From the IMG/VR virus record IMGVR_UViG_3300011116_000446, positions 1 to 24,425 of that record: DNA of 24,425 nt; one strand, 5' to 3'. The translations under genes and the position numbers were made by a program. This document shows, in pieces, positions 15,405-24,411 of the stretch (the first letter of the stretch is position 1; every line of letters starts with the position of its first letter). This DNA comes from a virus (taxonomy: Duplodnaviria; Caudoviricetes). The notes below the pieces were generated by a model. The model was not told the DNA's origin, did no database searches, and saw only the letters and a program-made list of their open reading frames with translations.

Positions 15405-15429
15405 GGGGCGGCCCGCTATGAGCCGCCCC
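15405..15429 (-). terminator. GC-rich hairpin downstream of the capsid/decoration genes
   Basis: Minus-strand RNA GGGGCGGCUC-AUAGC-GGGCCGCCCC forms a 10-bp stem with one G-U pair. There is no U-tract, so it may be a partial terminator or mRNA-stabilising stem. Confidence 0.55.
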
Positions 15430-15438
15430 TAGGTGTCA

Positions 15439-15900
15439 TTAGGCCGGCGTCAGAGCCGCAAACGTCGTTGGGTCTACCGTGTACGTGACGCTGAAGTTCA
15501 GCGTTCCGGCAACGGCTGTTGCGGCTGCGGCCTGAACGTAGGCGCGCAACTGCGTCCGTGACGTGTACTGGTAGTTATGCCCGGTGCGGGCCATTGCCGT
15601 CGACAGCGTCCCAGCCTGACCTACCGTCGATGCGGCCATCAGCCGGTCCTGATCGCCCGAGTCGCCGATGTCGAAAGCGAGCGTCGGAGAACCGTTCGAG
15701 TCCATGTCGGTCGCCGACAGCGTCACGCCCGTGATGATGGCACCGGCCGGGATATAGAGAAGGCCGATGCTGTCGTTGGTGTTGTCGATCATCGCCGTGC
15801 TGAGTGACAGCGACACTCTGTCGGTGATCGACTGGCCGGCCCAGCCATTTCCGATAGAAATGCCAGACGCGGCCGATTTGGTGGTTTCGTAGCTAGCCAT
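15439..15900 (-). CDS. Capsid decoration/cement protein
   Basis: 153 aa, beta-rich (IPAGAIITGV, DMDSNGSPTLAFDIGD), directly after the major capsid gene. Confidence 0.7.
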   Translation of the reverse strand: MASYETTKSAASGISIGNGWAGQSITDRVSLSLSTAMIDNTNDSIGLLYIPAGAIITGVTLSATDMDSNGSPTLAFDIGDSGDQDRLMAASTVGQAGTLSTAMARTGHNYQYTSRTQLRAYVQAAAATAVAGTLNFSVTYTVDPTTFAALTPA

Positions 15901-15917
15901 TGTTCAGTGATCCCCTA

Positions 15918-17033
15918 TTAGGCCGCGGAGAAGTAGCAGGTGACGATGCCGAGGTCCTTGTTGGTCCCGCTACCGTTGTTCCAACGCAGCTTCTCGAGCC
16001 CCATGGCGAACTCGATGCCGACGCCGTCGACGAAGCCGTAATCATCCTCGGCCTTGCTGGTCGGGATGGCGGCCTGCTTGTTGACGTAGCCGAGCGCTTG
16101 CGCCCCGCAGAGGAAGTTCACGCCGACGTCGATGGACGAGGCGCCAACGCCCGCGAGATGCGTGTTGGTGTTGCGGCCGGTGCCCTGCCGGTTGTTGTAG
16201 AACTCCGGGATCTCGCGGAAGATGATGCCGTCATAGATCAGGTCGCCGTCCTGGAAGAGCGGGTTACTGTCCATGCCGCCACCCTCACGCGCGCGCGCAT
16301 CGCGGTTGGCGTTGACCATCGCCGTGTCCGTCTTCAGATCGCGAAAGCAGATCGGATGACAGAACATGACGAAGTACTCGCGCCCGCTGTCCTTCGACTT
16401 GAAAGGACGGATGCGCGGCTCGGCCGTGCGGGCGATGAACTTGGCGAGCGAGGCGTTCGCCGTGGTCAGCTTGTCGTTGGTCGAGTCGACGTTACCGAGC
16501 GCGGTCGCGTGCGTTGCCGAGTAGTTTGCGATCGCGTTGCCGAACAACACACGGTCCGAGTTGTTGCCGACCCAGGTGTTGCGCTGCGTCGAGGTCGCGT
16601 CGGCAAAGTCCGTGCCGTCACTCATCTTGTGCAGAGCGTTGATGATCAGATACTTGATCACCTCGCTCGACCAGTCCTTGAGACGCGGGCGAGCCTGCGC
16701 CATGAAGTCGACGGCGGATTTCTTCTTCTGATTCTTGGTCGCCGTGACGGCGTGCCGGCGGTACTTCCAGACGATGTCCTGGTAGTACTGGTCGAGGGCT
16801 TCTTCAGCACCCGACAGCAGCGAGTCGCCTTCGACGCCGCCGCCCTTGAGGCGAGCCAGCAACGGAATGCGGATCGTATAGCCGTCCGTCTGCAGGTCGT
16901 TCACCACATGGATGATGTCCATCTCGGACGTCCCCATGTACGGCTTGAACCCGGACTCGCGGATATACTCGTTGATGAAGTCTTTCCGCCATTTGGTTAG
17001 GTCCAAACCGGAAAGCGTGGTCGTGTTGGCCAT
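15918..17033 (-). CDS. Major capsid protein (DUF4043 / N4-gp56-like)
   Basis: 371 aa with IPLLARLKGGGVEGDSLLSGAEEAL, FCHP..FRDLK, NPLFQDG..YDGIIFRE and LCGAQALG motifs. Strongly biased codons; follows the scaffold gene. Confidence 0.92.
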   Translation of the reverse strand: MANTTTLSGLDLTKWRKDFINEYIRESGFKPYMGTSEMDIIHVVNDLQTDGYTIRIPLLARLKGGGVEGDSLLSGAEEALDQYYQDIVWKYRRHAVTATKNQKKKSAVDFMAQARPRLKDWSSEVIKYLIINALHKMSDGTDFADATSTQRNTWVGNNSDRVLFGNAIANYSATHATALGNVDSTNDKLTTANASLAKFIARTAEPRIRPFKSKDSGREYFVMFCHPICFRDLKTDTAMVNANRDARAREGGGMDSNPLFQDGDLIYDGIIFREIPEFYNNRQGTGRNTNTHLAGVGASSIDVGVNFLCGAQALGYVNKQAAIPTSKAEDDYGFVDGVGIEFAMGLEKLRWNNGSGTNKDLGIVTCYFSAA

Positions 17034-17048
17034 GGTGTCGAGGTCCTG

Positions 17049-17069
17049 TCGTGACGGTTGAGATCACGA
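17049..17069 (-). promoter_or_regulatory. Hairpin in the major capsid leader
   Basis: TCGTGA-TCTCAACCG-TCACGA, just upstream of the AGGA RBS. Confidence 0.4.
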
Positions 17070-17083
17070 TGCGGACGCGGGCA

Positions 17084-17920
17084 CTAGCGGCGGGCGAAAA
17101 CGCTCGCCATCATCGCATCGTCAGACATGTGCGCGGTCTGGGCGACACTGGCCGAGGTCTGATCGGCAAGCGTTCCCGGGAACCGCTGTTGCTGCACCGG
17201 CTGACCGTCCAGCTTGATCTTCCCGGCCTTGAGATCGGCGAGAATGCGCGCGGCAGCGCGTTCCTCGATCGACTTCTCGTAGGCGTCCGGGTCGTTGCCG
17301 ACCTTGGACAGAAAAGAGTTCTGCTTGTGCCACTTGACGAGCTCGCCCCAAGGGTCGTTGACCTGATAAAGCCGTTGACGGGCTTCGGGCGGCATCGTTG
17401 CGAATGCCTTGGCTGCGGCATCCACGACCTCGTCGCCGTGCTTGTCGCGGGCGCGCATCTCCGAGAAGTTGGCGCGCTCGTTGAACAGGCGCCGTTCGAA
17501 CATCGCGTTTTGATATTGCGCGTATTCGACCGGATCGGTGAGCGGGTCAGGTGGCTGGACGTGCTGCGGCTGGGGTGCAGCCGGTTGGCGCTGCTGCTGC
17601 AAGAGAGCCTGCAATTGCCGCTCATAAGCGGTCGCACGGCCTTCTGCCTCGGCGCGCAATCGAGCCTCTTCCTGACGCTTCTGGCGCTCGGTGCGAAGCT
17701 CTCTGAGTGGTACGTGGCGATCCTCTTCCGGCTCGGGCTGTTCCTTCGGCGGCGGCTCTGCCTTTGCCTCTGGCTCAATCTTTTCCTGCTTGCTGGCGAA
17801 GCGTCCGGATTCGTCGCGCGGCTGGCCTTGCTCTGCCTTCTCAGGCGGTGCTTCGGCTGCCGGTGCGTCTTTCTCAAACAGTTCGTCGAGCTGCAGATCG
17901 TCGGTTTCGGTGTCGGCCAT
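17084..17920 (-). CDS. Scaffolding protein
   Basis: Start reassigned to ATG 17920 (GGAG RBS). Acidic N-terminus, PRDESGRFA, VPLRELRTERQKRQ coiled coil; lies between portal and capsid. Confidence 0.85.
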   Translation of the reverse strand: MADTETDDLQLDELFEKDAPAAEAPPEKAEQGQPRDESGRFASKQEKIEPEAKAEPPPKEQPEPEEDRHVPLRELRTERQKRQEEARLRAEAEGRATAYERQLQALLQQQRQPAAPQPQHVQPPDPLTDPVEYAQYQNAMFERRLFNERANFSEMRARDKHGDEVVDAAAKAFATMPPEARQRLYQVNDPWGELVKWHKQNSFLSKVGNDPDAYEKSIEERAAARILADLKAGKIKLDGQPVQQQRFPGTLADQTSASVAQTAHMSDDAMMASVFARR

Positions 17921-17949
17921 GTTGCTCCACTCCGCTGTGTCGTCGCTGG

Positions 17950-17991
17950 TCACGAATGCATCTGATGCGGTCAGATGAGCCGAAGTCGTGA
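17950..17991 (-). promoter_or_regulatory. Two-tier stem-loop in the scaffold leader
   Basis: TCACGA-cttcggct-CATCTGA-ccgca-TCAGATG-cat-TCGTGA on the minus strand. Confidence 0.55.
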
Positions 17992-18002
17992 GAATGACGG
18001 TC

Positions 18003-20117
18003 TCACGGGCCGGAAACGCCGCTTAGGCCGGCGGGTCCACTCGGTACAAACGCAGACGGATCTATGGGCATGCCACCACTGGGAGACATCATCGTCTCGT
18101 CCATGGGCTGCTGCATCGGGTCGGGCTCGCCGCCCATCGCCATCGGATCTCCACCCATCTCGGGCGGCTGTCCCTGTCCAGGCGGCGGCATCGGTGGTTG
18201 CGAGCTCATCTGCTCTGTCTGCTGCTCGATGGTCGGGCCACCGTATTGCAGCGGGAACATCGACAGCGCATTGAGGCCAGCCATGATGCCTTGCGCGGGA
18301 TGCGCGGGCGGCGGTCCCATCGGGTTTCCGAACTCGTCGGTATGCGGCTGGGCCGGTGTCATAGCCGCGGCCAGCTTCGACAGCGTGTCGGCGCGCTTGT
18401 TCTCGGTGTTGGCAATCTTCTCGTCGATCATCGCAGCCTGCAGCATGGCCTCGAGCTGCGACATGCGCTCCTGCATGGCGACCATCTGCGGCGGCGGCGC
18501 TGTGGCGTCGTCGATCATCTTGAGCAGCATTTCCTTATCGGGAACGTTGCTCAACTCGATCATGATCTTGCCCATCGGGCCGGCCGCTGCCTCGCCGAGC
18601 TGCGACATGGTCTGGAGCAGTTCTTCCTTCATCACGACGGTATCGGGGCCCTCGTCCATGATGATGTCGACGTCGATCTCCGCGACGAAGTTTTGCGGCG
18701 TGAGATAGCCGTTCTCGTCGGGCTGCACCGTGTTGATGCCGAGAAACTTGAGCGAGCGGCGATCGTCCGTGACGCGGATCCAGCGCTCGCCGGTCCAGGC
18801 TTGGCGGATGCGGTTCCACATCGCGCGGTAACAGCGCATCTTCCAATCCCTGAGCCGCTCGAACACGGGCGACAGTTCGGTCATGCCGCTGTCGCGCTGT
18901 GCAAGAATGGCGCGGCCGGACTGATCTGCTACGCCGCCGCCCTTGCCGATGAGACCGGGGTTCGGTCCGAGGTTCTCAAGCGCCGATTGCGCCTCGAGGA
19001 GAAGATCCGCTTGGCCTTTGACCTGATCGGACTGGTCGATCATGCCAATCGTTTTGCCCCATTCGCCGTTGTGCTCGATCACGCCGTCCGGGCGCGAAAG
19101 CTGCTGCCGAAGGTGATCTATATCGTCGACGGTGCCCTTCTGGACGTGCACCTGCCGGACGTTGATCATGTGCAGGAACTTCGACCGGCGATGATTGATC
19201 TCGTCCTGCATCGACTTCAGATTACGGATGATGCCGTATCTATCACCCTTCTCGTCGACGTATGACGACCAGCCGTGATAGGGGCACTCCGGCCGGCCCT
19301 TTTCGTCCAGATACGGGCTGATGCCGCTATCGAGGTCCAGTTCGCCGGTGAAGAAGCAATAGGTCCATCCCTCGCGCGTCTTCTCCCAAAACTCGATGAC
19401 ACGAACGCGCTGGCGCTCAAAGTCGGCCCACTGCTCGGCCTGGTCCTGATCGGCGCGGATAAGTGTCGCTTCGCCGCCGTCGTTGTTGACCATCGAGCGG
19501 AGCTTGTCTTCCTGCTCCGGCCACGTATCGCAGGCTTCGTCTATGTCGAGCCACAGATGCACGCCCATGAAACGGGCATCTGAGAAATCGGCCTTGATCG
19601 AACGCGGGTCGTAAAAGAAGCGCGAGACGTCGACCTGCTTGATCTTGACCTCGCCGGCCTCGATGCCAATCCAGGCCACGCCGCAATTCGAGACCATGCC
19701 ATCGTGCGCACAGTCGGATGCATTCTTCTCCCACCGGTTCACATCGCAGACGAAACGGACGGATGCCGTTGCGCTGTCGGCGTCGTTCTCATGCTTCGGC
19801 GTGCGCGGGAATGCTTTTGGATCCCGCCGCATGCGCTGCTCGACACCCACGAGGAAGTCGATCTTGCGCGCCACGCGGTTGTCGGTCACCACCGGCTGAC
19901 GGCGCTTCTTCAGCGTCGAGATTTCGCCTTCTGTCCACTGCTTGGCGTGATAGTAGCGTCGATGCTCCTGCGCTTCCTTCAGTTCGCGGTCCTTGTTGGC
20001 CTCGAACGCGCGGAACTTGCGGCGCTTGGCGCCGATGTCGGCCTTCGGCTTTTCGGGCTGCATCGGCTGCTGCTGAACGACAGCCGGGAGCGCGGGAAGT
20101 CCGGTCACATCCGCCAC
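18003..20117 (-). CDS. Portal protein (P22 gp1-like)
   Basis: 704 aa, GTG start overlapping the terL end. YYHAKQWT, RYGIIRNLKSMQDEINHRRSK and QSGRAILAQRDSG motifs; Pro/Met/Gln-rich tail. Confidence 0.93.
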   Translation of the reverse strand: MADVTGLPALPAVVQQQPMQPEKPKADIGAKRRKFRAFEANKDRELKEAQEHRRYYHAKQWTEGEISTLKKRRQPVVTDNRVARKIDFLVGVEQRMRRDPKAFPRTPKHENDADSATASVRFVCDVNRWEKNASDCAHDGMVSNCGVAWIGIEAGEVKIKQVDVSRFFYDPRSIKADFSDARFMGVHLWLDIDEACDTWPEQEDKLRSMVNNDGGEATLIRADQDQAEQWADFERQRVRVIEFWEKTREGWTYCFFTGELDLDSGISPYLDEKGRPECPYHGWSSYVDEKGDRYGIIRNLKSMQDEINHRRSKFLHMINVRQVHVQKGTVDDIDHLRQQLSRPDGVIEHNGEWGKTIGMIDQSDQVKGQADLLLEAQSALENLGPNPGLIGKGGGVADQSGRAILAQRDSGMTELSPVFERLRDWKMRCYRAMWNRIRQAWTGERWIRVTDDRRSLKFLGINTVQPDENGYLTPQNFVAEIDVDIIMDEGPDTVVMKEELLQTMSQLGEAAAGPMGKIMIELSNVPDKEMLLKMIDDATAPPPQMVAMQERMSQLEAMLQAAMIDEKIANTENKRADTLSKLAAAMTPAQPHTDEFGNPMGPPPAHPAQGIMAGLNALSMFPLQYGGPTIEQQTEQMSSQPPMPPPGQGQPPEMGGDPMAMGGEPDPMQQPMDETMMSPSGGMPIDPSAFVPSGPAGLSGVSGP

Positions 20118-21646
20118 GAGTCGCCCTCGTCTCGAACGCTGCGATAATCGGATGACGGTTTCTTAGTCTCGGTCTTTGGCACGCTGGCCGGGATCAATTC
20201 ATCCAGCATGCGGCCAATGAGGCCAAAGGCATCGACTTGGTCGTCATGCTTGCCGGCTGGAAAGACGAGAAGCTCGGACTCGAAGTCGGCAAGCCAGGGC
20301 GCTTTCGCCGGGAAATAAACTTTGCCCATCTTCACACGGCCCTGCATCGAGCGCGAGCGCGTCGGCTTGTCGGCGGCAGACGGAACCTGCTCACGGCGCG
20401 TATAGACCTTCTTCTCAAGCATGCGCTTGTGCAGGAACGGGCCCACGGATTTGATGATTTGGCCTTGCTCTTCGACCCACATCATCGGCTTGTGCGTGAT
20501 GTTGAGGTTGATGAACTCGTTGACCCAGACGTCTGTGTCGTGCTGTCCGCGCCATAGGTCGAGTATGTAAATGTTGTCGTCGGGATCGACGCCGGCCACC
20601 AGATGAACCGTGTAATCACCTTTGCCGTCTGTGACCGCATAGTCTGACGATCCATAGATGCGCAGATGCTTGGGGGCTTCGTCGTAGTAGCGGAACCAGT
20701 CACGCTTGTAATAGGCGCCTTCGTCAGGTGCGGGCTGCTGCTGATAGAGCGCCGACCAATCGCGTGTACCGATGGCAGCCTTGATCTGCTGCAGGCGTTC
20801 AATCGGGTACTTGGCCGGCCACAACGCGCAGCCATCGCTGGTGATGGCTGGGAGCTCCAGGATGTCCCACTTGTCACCGCCGCGGGCTTGCTCGGCTAGC
20901 AGGCGTCCCGACAGATCGTCTTCGTGCCAGCGGGTTTGGATAAGAACGATTGCGCCGTCGAACTTCTCAGCCGAGCCGCTGTCGATGTCGGCGAGTAGAT
21001 CCCGCCAAAGATCGTCATCTTGGGTGACGTCTCCAACGATGTCGCTCTCGAGACGCGTGTAAGCGGTCGACGTGTACCAGCGCCAAACCTTCTCACGCTG
21101 TTTTTCGCTGTCGGCCTCTTCCCGGTCTTTGAAAGGGTCATCAATGAGAAACACGTGCGCACCACGTCCGGTAACCGCAGTGCCGATACCGGCCGCGACA
21201 TACATGCCTCCGTCGTGCGTGTGCCACCTGTTGGCCGCGGTGCTGTCGTCGGAAAGCGTCGTATTGAACACGTTTCGGTAGCGCCTCGATCCGACGATGT
21301 TGCGAACCTCACGGCCAAAGTCTGCGGCGAGGTCCGAGTTATAAGACGCGGCGATGATGTTGCGCCTTGGATTGCGGCCGATGAACCATGCCGGAAAGCG
21401 ACGCGATGCAAGCTCACTCTTACCGTGACGCGGCGGCATGAAGATCATGAGCCGCTTGATCTTGCCATCGGCCACGGCCTCGAGCTTTTCCGCGATCATG
21501 TGGTGATGCGCGGCGGGCCGGTACTCAGGAAGCGTGTAGCGAGCGAAGGAAACGAGGCTAGACTTGGCCTCAATTCTCCTCAGTATCTCGCGCGCCGCCT
21601 GTTCTGGCGATGGCGTAAAGCTCCGCGATGTCGAAGTCTGCAACAT
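20105..21646 (-). CDS. terL: Terminase large subunit
   Basis: Walker A MPPRHGKS, Walker B FLIDDP, coupling motif QTRW, YQQQP, nuclease motifs SDYA and HDDQVDA. Confidence 0.97.
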   Translation of the reverse strand: MLQTSTSRSFTPSPEQAAREILRRIEAKSSLVSFARYTLPEYRPAAHHHMIAEKLEAVADGKIKRLMIFMPPRHGKSELASRRFPAWFIGRNPRRNIIAASYNSDLAADFGREVRNIVGSRRYRNVFNTTLSDDSTAANRWHTHDGGMYVAAGIGTAVTGRGAHVFLIDDPFKDREEADSEKQREKVWRWYTSTAYTRLESDIVGDVTQDDDLWRDLLADIDSGSAEKFDGAIVLIQTRWHEDDLSGRLLAEQARGGDKWDILELPAITSDGCALWPAKYPIERLQQIKAAIGTRDWSALYQQQPAPDEGAYYKRDWFRYYDEAPKHLRIYGSSDYAVTDGKGDYTVHLVAGVDPDDNIYILDLWRGQHDTDVWVNEFINLNITHKPMMWVEEQGQIIKSVGPFLHKRMLEKKVYTRREQVPSAADKPTRSRSMQGRVKMGKVYFPAKAPWLADFESELLVFPAGKHDDQVDAFGLIGRMLDELIPASVPKTETKKPSSDYRSVRDEGDSWRM

Positions 21647-21929
21647 CTTTCTTCGTGTTCACGTCGACGGATTGCTTTGGCTTGCCCATGGCGCGATCAA
21701 GAATGGCCTGAGCTGCGGCGAGGGCGACTTGCTCTTTGTCGCTGCTCATGAGCTTCACAAGACGCTTGAGGGCAGCCTCGCTGTGTTCCTCTGCAAGCTG
21801 TGTGACGGCAACGACCTTCTTGGGTCGCCCTGATGGATTGCCGCTGACGCCCTTCGGAAACGGGCGGAGGTTTGCTATTCCGCCTTTACGTCCGTTGATA
21901 CCAGTGGGCGGGACCGTTGTTTCAGCCAT
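21570..21929 (-). CDS. terS: Terminase small subunit (DUF5681-like)
   Basis: PFPKGVSGNPSGRPKK motif and AAAQAILDRAMGKP; immediately upstream of terL. Confidence 0.85.
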   Translation of the reverse strand: MAETTVPPTGINGRKGGIANLRPFPKGVSGNPSGRPKKVVAVTQLAEEHSEAALKRLVKLMSSDKEQVALAAAQAILDRAMGKPKQSVDVNTKKDVADFDIAELYAIARTGGARDTEEN

Positions 21930-21940
21930 ACGCTGCTCTG

Positions 21941-22576
21941 TTAGTGCGCCGCTACGCCGTTGGGCCGGGACATCTCTGTGATGATCGGCGCGTTGATGTG
22001 CTGGTGGCCTTCCGAGCGAAACTCGTTTGAAAGGCTGGTGAAGTCGGGCTTGGTATCCATGACCTGCCAGAAGGCATCATCACGAAACAGGCAACGGTTG
22101 TTGGGGAAAGCGCCGATCAATCCGCCTTCTAGGAACATGACGTGTAGGTGCTTGTGCTGCTCCGGGTCGTCGGCGAGGTCTGATCCGGTGAAGTCGATCG
22201 TGAACCTGTATTGGGCCGGGATGCGCTCGGGCAGGATGTAGGCAGCGCCGCGGGCGATGAAGTCAAAGGCGTGCACGCCGAAGCTGGTCGAGAACACGTC
22301 CCAAGGCTGGACGTATGTCATGTCTTTGGGCTTGGCGCACTTCTGATGGCAGATTGCCTCAATGGGCAGCAGGTAGCTGGCGCCGCCGGTATCGTTGGGC
22401 CCGTCCTCGGGCTGCATCAGCATGCACTGGAACCACAGCGAGTGGCCACGAATGCAGCGAACGCCATAGGCGACGGCCGGGATGAACTCACCGTGACGGG
22501 ATGAGAGATTGGTCGTGTACTCACGGCGCACGTAGCAGCGGAAATAGGGAATGCTGCCGATGATGGCGTTGCTCAT
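21941..22576 (-). CDS. Conserved phage hypothetical protein (211 aa)
   Basis: Globular composition (CYVRREY...HGEF, QPWD, YRFTIDF, HKHLHV, AFPNNRC). ATGA coupling with the upstream gene. Confidence 0.85.
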   Translation of the reverse strand: MSNAIIGSIPYFRCYVRREYTTNLSSRHGEFIPAVAYGVRCIRGHSLWFQCMLMQPEDGPNDTGGASYLLPIEAICHQKCAKPKDMTYVQPWDVFSTSFGVHAFDFIARGAAYILPERIPAQYRFTIDFTGSDLADDPEQHKHLHVMFLEGGLIGAFPNNRCLFRDDAFWQVMDTKPDFTSLSNEFRSEGHQHINAPIITEMSRPNGVAAH

Positions 22577-22845
22577 TCATAGTCTTTCTTGCCATCCTTC
22601 TCCCATGGACGGTCAGTCTCACGGCGGATGGTGGCTTTCGGCGTCTCGATGGCGTCCGATGTGTTGTTCTGTTCGCGGTCGATGAACCAGGCGCCGGCTG
22701 GGCCGCATTTGGTTTCATCCTTGCGCACGATGCGGCAGTCTTCTGGCTCACCCGTGACGAGATCTGGCGACTTGCGGCACGCCATCGGTATGACGGCAAA
22801 GCAATGCGCGCAGTCCTTGCATAGTTTAGGTGTAGTCGCGGACAT
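22573..22845 (-). CDS. Cys-rich hypothetical protein (about 90 aa)
   Basis: Probable start ATG 22845. LCKDCAHC...C...DLVTGE...C...R....CGPAGAWF pattern. Confidence 0.7.
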   Translation of the reverse strand: MSATTPKLCKDCAHCFAVIPMACRKSPDLVTGEPEDCRIVRKDETKCGPAGAWFIDREQNNTSDAIETPKATIRRETDRPWEKDGKKDYE

Positions 22846-23200
22846 ATTGCTCAGTACCGTAGCGGGCCGGGCGCCGGACCCGTAAAAGCTGGCGGATGAC
22901 CTCACCGGACGAAAGCGTGATGAGGATGACCGCGTAACCGTCTGTGTAGCTGGTGACGCTCGACAGGTTAACGGTGATGGTCGGGCTGCTCAGCGTGCGG
23001 GTGGCGGTGACGTTCTGCGTTTCGTCTACGGTGGCGCTGCTGATCGTCTCGCCGGTTTCGAGAAGGTTGGTCAGGTCGAGCGTGATCGTCTTTACTTCGT
23101 CTTCGTCAACAAGGATCAACGGCTCTCCGGTGTCATCCTTGCGGATGTTGCGGAGAACTGTTGGGCCTCGAGATGTATAGCCGATGTAGTAGCGGCTCAC
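22826..23200 (-). CDS. Putative Ig-like virion protein (fibre-tail adaptor-like)
   Basis: DEDEVKTITLDLTNLLETGETISSATV motif, beta-rich. GTGA overlap with the upstream gene. Confidence 0.6.
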   Translation of the reverse strand: MSRYYIGYTSRGPTVLRNIRKDDTGEPLILVDEDEVKTITLDLTNLLETGETISSATVDETQNVTATRTLSSPTITVNLSSVTSYTDGYAVILITLSSGEVIRQLLRVRRPARYGTEQYVRDYT

Positions 23201-24165
23201 GTCGGCGCCATGTGGACTTTGCTGGCGATGGGCTCGCCGTTGACTCCGAGCTGCATCACGTAGCCCTGGAGGTTGGCGGGGGTCTGCATAGCCTGTTGCA
23301 GCGCGGCCTGGACCTTATGGGCGGTCGTGCCGTCGAAGGCGTAGGCAACGAAGTTGAGCAGTCCGCCGGCAGCGATGGCGAACAGGGCGAGCAAGCTGGA
23401 AATGCCGATGCCGGCCCAAAAAACAGCTTTCTCACCGGGCTTGTCGTTCATGGTGAGGATGGAAGCGAGGGCGAGGCCTTGGCTGGCGGCCGAAGCGGGG
23501 TCGACGTTGGATTCCGCTGTCGCCTTGCGGGCCTTGGCGAGATCGGCGCGGGCCGTCTTCAGCTCTTCACGCATGGTAATGGCTTCGGTAGCTCCGGCCT
23601 TGTCGGCAATCGCGCTGGCGTAGGACGAGCAGAAATCGCGCGTCTTGGGGCCAGTGGTGCGCTTGCAGCCGTCAGTGACGTCCCATAGGCGGTCTGCCTG
23701 CATCTGGTCGATAGCGGCTTGGGCCTGCTCGGCGTTGCGAACCGGCGTCATGCGCAGGCGCTCTTCGAGGCGCTGGACCGTCTTGGAGAGCTGGTCGACC
23801 TCGCCGATGTTGTGGCCGGTCACGGTCTGCTGCAGGCGGGCCTGGGCGATCGTGGTGTCACGGTTGGCGGCGGTGAAGCCGGTGTGGCTGAGGAACTCGA
23901 CGCAGACGCCGATGGCGAACAGCGCAACCGCGGCATGCCCGACCTCGCGCATCTGGCGCTTGTAGGCCTGGAAGGCGAAGGTGAGGGCATAGCCGACGAT
24001 GAAGGTGCAGATGGCCAGCAGGACACCGAGGCTGACCTGCTCGAGGTAGCCTTTGCCGAGATGCCAGCCGAACTGGGCGGTGATGGCGGCAGCCGTGAGC
24101 GTGGCGATGAAGCCGAGCTTCTTAGCGCGCGGGATGAGCTTGTCGAAGTCTGAGACGTGGGCCAT
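23197..24165 (-). CDS. Multi-pass membrane protein with coiled-coil domain
   Basis: 322 aa: three N-terminal hydrophobic helices, a coiled coil containing a Cys pair, and a C-terminal TM. AGGAG RBS. Confidence 0.85.
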   Translation of the reverse strand: MAHVSDFDKLIPRAKKLGFIATLTAAAITAQFGWHLGKGYLEQVSLGVLLAICTFIVGYALTFAFQAYKRQMREVGHAAVALFAIGVCVEFLSHTGFTAANRDTTIAQARLQQTVTGHNIGEVDQLSKTVQRLEERLRMTPVRNAEQAQAAIDQMQADRLWDVTDGCKRTTGPKTRDFCSSYASAIADKAGATEAITMREELKTARADLAKARKATAESNVDPASAASQGLALASILTMNDKPGEKAVFWAGIGISSLLALFAIAAGGLLNFVAYAFDGTTAHKVQAALQQAMQTPANLQGYVMQLGVNGEPIASKVHMAPT

Positions 24166-24204
24166 GAGGTCGTGTCTCCTGTGCGGGATGGAGACGCGGT
24201 ACGG

Positions 24205-24411
24205 TTAGTGGTGAAGATGCTTGATGAGCCAGACAGGGCCGCCGACGATGCAGGCAAGCCCTAGAAGAAATAGAACCGACACGGCGGCGGCGACGATCGC
24301 GTTTTGGGTTTTAGAGACCATAGCGCCCATCCGGCGGCTGCGAGGGGTGGGAACATCCAGGCGTGCAGGATCGAAAGGGAGAGCATCGGCGATTTGATCG
24401 GCGCGGGTCAT
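24205..24411 (-). CDS. Small membrane protein
   Basis: C-terminal TM (AIVAAAVSVLFLLGLACIVGGPVWLI). Start uncertain (TTG 24417, ATG 24411 or later). Confidence 0.55.
   Translation of the reverse strand: MTRADQIADALPFDPARLDVPTPRSRRMGAMVSKTQNAIVAAAVSVLFLLGLACIVGGPVWLIKHLHH

Noticed and set aside
15900-17000. 366-aa plus-strand ORF
   Set aside because: Antisense shadow of the major capsid gene, caused by biased high-GC codon usage; no recognisable motifs.
18003-18400. Pro/Met/Gln-rich portal tail as a separate element
   Set aside because: Low-complexity C-terminal extensions are ordinary for portals of this type.
18064-19265. Long plus-strand ORFs (214 and 355 aa) opposite the portal gene
   Set aside because: Shadow ORFs. 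The same applies to most other plus-strand ORFs lying opposite structural genes.
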